Below, one piece after another: positions 56,830-64,000 of a DNA stretch of 64,000 nucleotides; position 1 is the first letter of the stretch; every line of letters starts with the position of its first letter. The notes beneath the pieces were generated by a model that did not search any database, was not told where the DNA came from, and saw nothing but the letters and a program-made list of their open reading frames with translations. The translations under genes were made by a program, and so were the position numbers. Source of the DNA: Trichoplax sp. H2 (Eukaryota); assembly GCA_003344405.1 (NCBI GenBank), contig NOWV01000010.1, positions 992,001 through 1,056,000 on the forward strand, read 5' to 3'.

Positions 56830-57085
56830 GGATACAATTACATGGAAATCAAGCTTGAGTTTGTAATATTTCAATATACTGTACGTGACAAAATACTGCA
56901 TGTCATTAAGTGAAAATCCAATTTTAAATTTGTAATATTCCAATAGATACGATGAAATACTATATACAATTATATGGAAATCAAGATTGAATTTATAATA
57001 TTTCGATAGATGCGGCAAGATACTGCATATCTAGTACAGTGAATTATATACTTTAAATTTACAATATTCCGATATATGCGGCATC
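56830..57085. repeat. Degenerate tandem repeat (~60-70 bp segments)
   Basis: caatta.atggaaatcaag.ttga.ttt.taatatttc at ~56835 and ~56967, with related aaattt..aatattcc segments. Confidence 0.6.
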
Positions 57086-57546
57086 CAGATGATTACAATT
57101 AGTCACTGATTGCTATTGCCATGCTAGGCAATCTGATCATTCTAATGCAATTTGTAGTTCCACTTGTAGTCACGATAATTTACTATAGTATATATAATTG
57201 CTGTAAAGTATACACTAGATCCTTAAAGAACTTACTCCATTCACAGTACTACTACCGATACACTAGACCGCGTGCTATACTGTGGCCTATAAACGATCTG
57301 GAATGTATATCTTCTCTACTAAGACCCTATCGTAGTTCACTAGTGTAAAGCTAGTACAAATACTATACTGTAACCAGACGAGGACACCTCTTGCTCCATT
57401 CGTCTTATTAAATTGCAGGAAGAGGCAGTTTTGGGAGAAGATTCCGTCCTAAAAAGTATTTTTAATATTAAATTACATCATTCATTGCAATCTCCTGGTA
57501 CTGTAGTAAGGCGAGTTGAGCTGTAAAAACCGCTATAGCAGCTACG

Positions 57547-60500
57547 ATGGAAGATACATATAAATTAGAAAGAAATGATCATCAACAGGATGATGAGAGG
57601 TAAGCTAAAGAGTAGGTTAGTAGTCGTTTTTGCGTTGCTGCATGGGAGGAAATGAGATATCACTGCTGTTAATTGGAAAATTGCACAGATACTTTTATCA
57701 ATATTGCGTGAGATAGAGCTATTCTTGAGTCCTTAACGACAAAACTTGGATATGACAGATGTAGATAGATACCTTGAAGACAGTACTGTATTGTTCATGG
57801 TCTTGATTACTCTTTGCCATCGTTGGTATTCGTTTTGCGTTGCCAAATAGGAAGAAATGAACTATCACTACATTCATTACATGATTGCACAGTTACGAGT
57901 ACATTTATCAACATCGAATGAGATAGAGCTATTCTTGAGTCCCTGATGACAGAACTTGGATATGATAGATGTAGATAAATACCTTAACGACAGTACTGTA
58001 TTGTCCATACTCTTGATTTCCTATTCTATGCTATCGTTAGCATTCGTTTTGCGTTGCCAAATGAGAAGAAGTTACCTATTGATACTTTGCAATGCTTAGA
58101 TTAAAAGTACTGCATTGCCCATGGTCTAGATTTCCTACTCTATTCTATCGTGTACACCTATGCAGCAGACTTAAGCCACGAATGTAGTTAATAGCATGTT
58201 GCATAGTGGCCTCCTTTTATACTTGACTATTCCCTAATTCATTGCAATATTATTATTAATAATAACGGTTGCAGGAGATCTGACATAACCCGATACTTTA
58301 TTATCTACAGTGCCAAGATTTAAAACCTCTGAAGGTTCAACAACATCCAATAGACATAACTCAGTTTTATACAAATTATTCGTACAGTTTATACCATTCA
58401 GTATAAACAGGAACTAATCAATTATAGTCTTATGCTACTATTATCTTGATTTAGTGGCTACAATTTGGTGCGAAGCTAAAGAATTCATCGTTCACAATAT
58501 ATTATTGCTGCTGAGGCAGTCTTGACTGCCGATTCTTCGTTGATCATTTAAAGATTACATCGCGTACTTGAATCAACTTATCTTCGATATCCCATCACCT
58601 TATAGCGTATATAAAATGTTATTTTATAGCCACTGATTTCAGATGCTTTGCTTCTATAGTTTATAAAAATTTATGGCAATTAATCGTTTTCAAGATTACT
58701 ACTATAGTATAATCATACAATGCAATCGATATGACTACAAGTAGCTTACACTACACATGACTGTGTTAACCATTTAAAAATTTTTTCTTCTTTTTATAGA
58801 TTCCAAGCTGGTTAGTGTTATGCTAGATTAGGATAAGTATTGGGGTTCAGCTGATTTATATCAAAGATCGAAGCTTCTTTATGTCTTACGAGATATACGT
58901 ATCACACTAATTATTAATATTTGTCCTGTTGCTCTTTATATCTATGGTCGAAAGAGCATGAAGATGACTACGAACAGTGGGATGAAGAAGAAGATGAAGA
59001 TTTCGAAATAGATTGGACCCGATCTAGTGGTAAACCTGAACCTAATACTCGTATACTAGTAAAATTCTTTCAACGTAGATTTCAAGCTAGGGTATACAGT
59101 ACGGTAGATTTGTTTTTATCTATACTAATGTAAATTTTTACTATCATTTCTTTCCTATATAATATTATGATAGATTTGACCAAAAAGCTTAACACTTCCA
59201 CTAATTTTAAGGTATGTACCGTACCGTATGTGTTTCTTATGAGACTTTCTTTTTTGCAGCCTATACTAATTTTCCTATGATTTACTAACTGTTTAATTGC
59301 ACCACTTTGTCGTGGAGTAGATATTAATTGACTATTAATTTTATACATGTATCCTATCCTTGGAAAAATTAACTCACTTATCTGATTCTAAATATCAGAC
59401 TAATGGTAATACGTTGCAGGTACTCTTGATAATTTTCAATTTTTAGTTGTATCCATTAGTATTCTTGGTTTCTTACCATTTTATTTAAACCACCTCTGCA
59501 CTGTGTAGATGCAAGACCTTCAAAGCTATTTGTTAATTTATTCGATGTCTTTCATTGTTTAATAGCCAAAGCAAAAATCGTACGGAAAATATGCAAATCG
59601 AATTTGTTTAGGTATTTATTTTAAAAATATTTCCTTAAATTGAGGTGTTATTATTTTATAGTAATTATTAGGTGCATCCTATCTTTCAACTCCCAACCTT
59701 ACCCTTATTCGCTAGATAAACTTGATGTCACTTTATCTAAGGAAGCCGCAAATTTGGTTCTAGAAACAGAAAAGAGAAATTCGTCTTCTCGGTTAGTAAA
59801 CTTAATCCATCTAGAAACCTCTGCAATATTGACATACGAATGCAATAGAATAGAAAAAGATATTATTTATACTATAGAATCAGATGTTTGTTGCAGATAT
59901 AATTTAGCACTTTCTTTAAACTAGTTCATTCGATTAAGGGATAAAATTTCTCTTAGTAGCAATTGATATGTTCTAATTGAATATAACTAATAATTATATA
60001 TTATTAATTTCAGACTGCGTGAGAAAGATAAGGCTGATCGAGCTACTGTTGAACAGGTATGAGCTAAAGATTATGTTAGCATTTTACTTATCGGCCGGGT
60101 TTTATAGTGTTATGTTATCTAATCCACTATCTGTTAGGTACTCGATCCGAGGACAAGAATGATCCTTTTTAAACTACTTGACCGAAATATCATAAGCAGC
60201 ATAAACGGTTGTGTTAGTACAGGGAAGGAGGTAAAAGTTTAACTCAATATGAACGTACTAAAATTAAATTCTCCATTTCTATACCGTGATTACATCATTA
60301 TATTACAGGCTAACGTTTATCACGCATCTGTTAATAATGGAGAAGAAAGAGCAATAAAGGTTTGTATGTCACTGTAGTTTTTTAAATGACTCTTTAAGTG
60401 CAATTTGTCATCAAGTGTTAAAATATCTTTTTCTATAGATCTATAAAACCTCAATATTAGTCTTTAAGGATCGCGATAAATATGTTAGCGGAGAATTTAG

Positions 60501-62532
60501 GTATTACTTGTTGATGCTTCACAGTAAAATATATAGCCTACTTCAAGAAAATCGTTCTTTGTAAACTTGCTATTAAAACTGAATAGGTTTCGACATGGTT
60601 ATTCCAAACACAATCCTCGTAAAATGGTGAAAACTTGGGCGGAAAAGGAAATGAGAAATTTGCATAGGCAAGACTTACTCTCTAGGGCGAAATAATATTT
60701 AAATTAATAATTATGTGGGCATTGCAGCCATGATAATACTGAATGATATTGAATAATAATATTTCATTACAGACTGTATACTGCTGAAATTCCTTGTCCA
60801 AAACCACTATTACTCAAGAGCCATGTTTTACTTATGGAGTTTATAGGAACTAATGGATGGTAAATATTGTAATTTTACTTGTGGTTTGATGATACAATTG
60901 TAATTGATAAGCTTTAATTAAAAAGCTTGGCTTGTAATCACGTTTAGGGCATCTCCAAGGTTAAAAGATGTGCAAATATCAGAGAGCAAAGCTAGGGAGT
61001 TATACATGCAGTGTATTAATATTATGAGACGAATGTACTGGAAATGTAAATTGGTTCATGCTGATTTAAGTGAATTTAATATTTTGTAAGTTATATGCAA
61101 TACGTAAAATATTTTAAGAAATTATGTAATACTGAATATTTCTACCTCCTTATATATGTAGATACCATAAAGGTAGCTTAATCATAATTGATGTATCACA
61201 GTCAGTGGAACATGATCATCCGCACGCTTTGGAATTTTTAAGAAAGGACTGTTCGAATATAACTGGTATAAGCGATATTAATATTTCATTGATACGTGAA
61301 AAATGGATTAATTATTATTCTATTTAAAATTATTTTTGGTCTAGATTATTTTCGAAAAAGACAAGTTTGTACAATGACTGTTAAAGAGCTTTTTGATTTC
61401 ATCACTGATCCTAATATCACGGATGATAATATTGATGACTATCTTGAAAAGGTTAATAACAATTGTTTGCATCACTAAGTAATTTAATTTCATTAAATTA
61501 ATCTTTTTGAAGTGACTATGTACAGGCACTATTAACTCGAATCTAGCTATTGTATGGGTGATTTTTCAATTTCTAAAAAATCTTACAGTAAATTCTTACG
61601 TCCCGTAGGCTCAAGAAATTGCAGCTGCCCGTGGATTTAGTGAAGCTCATCCGGAAGACGCAGTAAATGAGGAAGTGTTTATGCGTACCTTTATTCCCAA
61701 TAGATTAGATGAAGTAGCGGACTTTGAATCTGATATTATGAAAGTACAATCTGGGGACACCGAGGATGTTAGTGAATGTATAATAGCATACAATAATTTT
61801 CTGTGTAAAACTTCTTTTTATATTACTTCTAATTTTTTAAGAGTATATACTCATTAATAATCCTATTATTTGCTAGATTCACTACCAAACCATCACAGGT
61901 TTAAGAAAAGATCTTAGTGGTCCATCGCAGGTATTTGGGTTATAAATTGTGCTAAAAAATGAAACCTTTAGAATTTTAGATTAGAACAAATATATAAAAG
62001 CTTCACTCTAGTGTCCACGGAGGTAGAATTTTTAACTATCGTTCCATAACGAATGGAATTAGTTCTTATTCAGTTTAATTGATATCGTTTCAACTTGACC
62101 TAACAAATAGGAACCATCAATCCTTACAGAACAAGCAATCGAAGATGATTCGGAAGATAGTTCAAGTACAGAATCTTCGGATGATAGTGATACTGAAACA
62201 GTCAGATCCGCGAAAGAAGAAAAAGGTCCAAAATGTAAAAGGAACGAAGATAAAGATAGCAAAAGGGTAAGTTGTACATTATCACGCGTGAGTAAGTGTA
62301 ATTTTTCTAATTTTGCAATCAGTTAGCTAGGATAATAGTACTACTGGAATAACAATCTCTATATACGCGTATTTGACTTAATTTATTTGATTGATGATTA
62401 TGCAAAAACATCAATTTTAAGGAACGAAAGAAATTAGCGAAGGAAGCCCAGAGAGAGAAAAGAAAAAACAAAACTCCGAAACACGTTAAGAAAAGGAAAG
62501 AAAAGGTTGCTAGAATGAAGAAAGGAAAATAA
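57547..62532 (+). CDS. RIOK1: Serine/threonine-protein kinase RIO1, multi-exon
   Basis: [116 protein letters not shown]. Basic tail [12 protein letters not shown] with stop at 62530-62532. The ATG at 57547 is probable. Confidence 0.96.
57624..58150. repeat. ~210 bp tandem duplication (2 full copies and 1 deleted copy) in RIOK1 intron 1
   Basis: tcgttttgcgttgc at ~57624, ~57830 and ~58044. gagatagagctattcttgagtcc..aacttggatatga.agatgtagata is shared by the first two copies. Confidence 0.9.
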
Positions 62533-64000
62533 ATTGTGTCTTGTAAATGGATCAAGTAATCGTGTCGTTATACGCACAATATGCATTACCATATTTGCTG
62601 TAAACATGGAATGGATATATGCAACATTTGTCGCTTGAAGTGAAAGATTCGTATAAAATATGATACGATTAAATCGGTGTTCCGGTTTGAACTCTGTATT
62701 ACTTGTTAAAGCTTTAAATAGAAAAAAGATCCTACTATCTTTAAAATTCAATTTTAAGATAACAATAAGCGAAGGAATTAGTGTAAAATGAGAGACACAG
62801 TTAATTAAATCAATGTTCAGGTTTGGACTCTGTATTAATTATTCATTAAGGTCAATACTGAAATGCCATAAGGCCTTGCTACCGGTACGCTACACATTCA
62901 CTCTTAGAAGTAATAGCTGTATTATTAACCATTCTCTATGGTCACATAGTATTTTTTAAAGACCACCTAATCTGAAGTTCAATACAGTCAGGAAGGCAAT
63001 AAAATGTGAAAATAACTTTATTAAAATATTAGCATCAACATTATACTAACTAATGTACTACTTGAAAGTATGCAAGTACAAGAAGACGCAGCCTAGTAAC
63101 AATGCTATGTGTAGCTTGTCGTTCGAGAATCATAGCTACGCGCGTGCAATCCTAATGACTATTTTAACACATAAGAATAATTTACACACTTTAGTATTAC
63201 AGTTCTAACTGTATATAAATTAGTCATCATGAGCTGACGTAATAAACGTTATAGAAGCAAGAATAAAGTAAAGTCATAACTTCTTTCCTTAAGGATGTAA
63301 CAGAAATGGTTACCTGAGTATTTAAATTATTATATAGCTTCAATCTTATTGATTTTATATCATCAATAATAAACATATGCGTTCCATTGCATATTAACTT
63401 AATATATTCGAGGAACGATAGTCAGTTAATTCTTGCCAAAAGCTGGTTAGGCAAATCTTATACAATAATTATCACATGATAAAATTAGTAAGTTTGATAA
63501 ATTGGACATTTCTGTTAGTTTCATAGAATTAGTACTGTAGCTTACCCGTTATCGTAACGTAAATATTAAGTAATTATTGAACGTAGAAATTCATCATGAA
63601 CTGATGAATTACAGATAGATTTTTATTGAAACAAATAGCACAATTTTAGATTTGAAACATTTTTAAGCAGAGAATGTACAAATAGTGTTCAATATTCATC
63701 TTAATTCTTGCTTGTTAGGTAGAATTTGGCATTATCGTTGAGTCGGAGTTTAATCACATTCGTCGATAACTGGAGTTTCTTAATTATACAAAGGCATAAA
63801 GAGTATGAGCTGAATTTTATTATTCAGCAGAGATCAATGCAGCCCTTGCATAGTTTACTCTTTCATTTGTTGTTCAACCATATCTTACTTATTTGACTAA
63901 TTGGTCATTTCCATTGCTCTCATTTCTATCAAGATCTGAACCGCCTGAAATTGTTCGTATCCTATCTTTACGGGTATTTCGATTGTAACATAGATAATTT

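Noticed and set aside
57935-57960. CTGATGA hammerhead or C-box motif in the RIOK1 intron repeat
   Set aside because: Present in only one copy, with no supporting stems or partner box.
63300-64000. Possible minus-strand gene at the window end
   Set aside because: Donor-like sites exist, but the frames I read contain stops and no recognisable protein motif.

Overview
AT-rich, intron-dense eukaryotic DNA from a compact animal genome. Gene content and ~80-120 bp introns suggest a placozoan such as Trichoplax; this is an inference. I spliced six multi-exon genes by hand. GNL2/Nog2 (-) lies head-to-head with AGPAT5 (+), followed by an intact-looking meiotic SPO11 (+), Mind bomb MIB1 (-), a giant ~23 kb Roco-family gene (+) and RIOK1 (+). 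The Roco gene is the standout. Its exon phases join into one ~2,800-3,000 aa protein: LRR - degenerate Roc/COR - Cys-rich - SPRY - SH3 - MBT - 2x Tudor - LRR/EF-hand - canonical Roc/COR - TIR - TIR - Cys/His domain - CaaX (CSVM*). It has no kinase, and both TIRs keep the Glu that is catalytic in TIR NADases. Non-coding features include a probable solo-LTR family (two ~96% identical copies), a ~260 bp tandem array upstream of MIB1 that may be duplicated promoter/first-exon units, a 34 bp hairpin with an 8 bp target-site-like duplication, three GC-AG introns and several degenerate tandem repeats. Exon boundaries and domain calls are by eye, with no database search.
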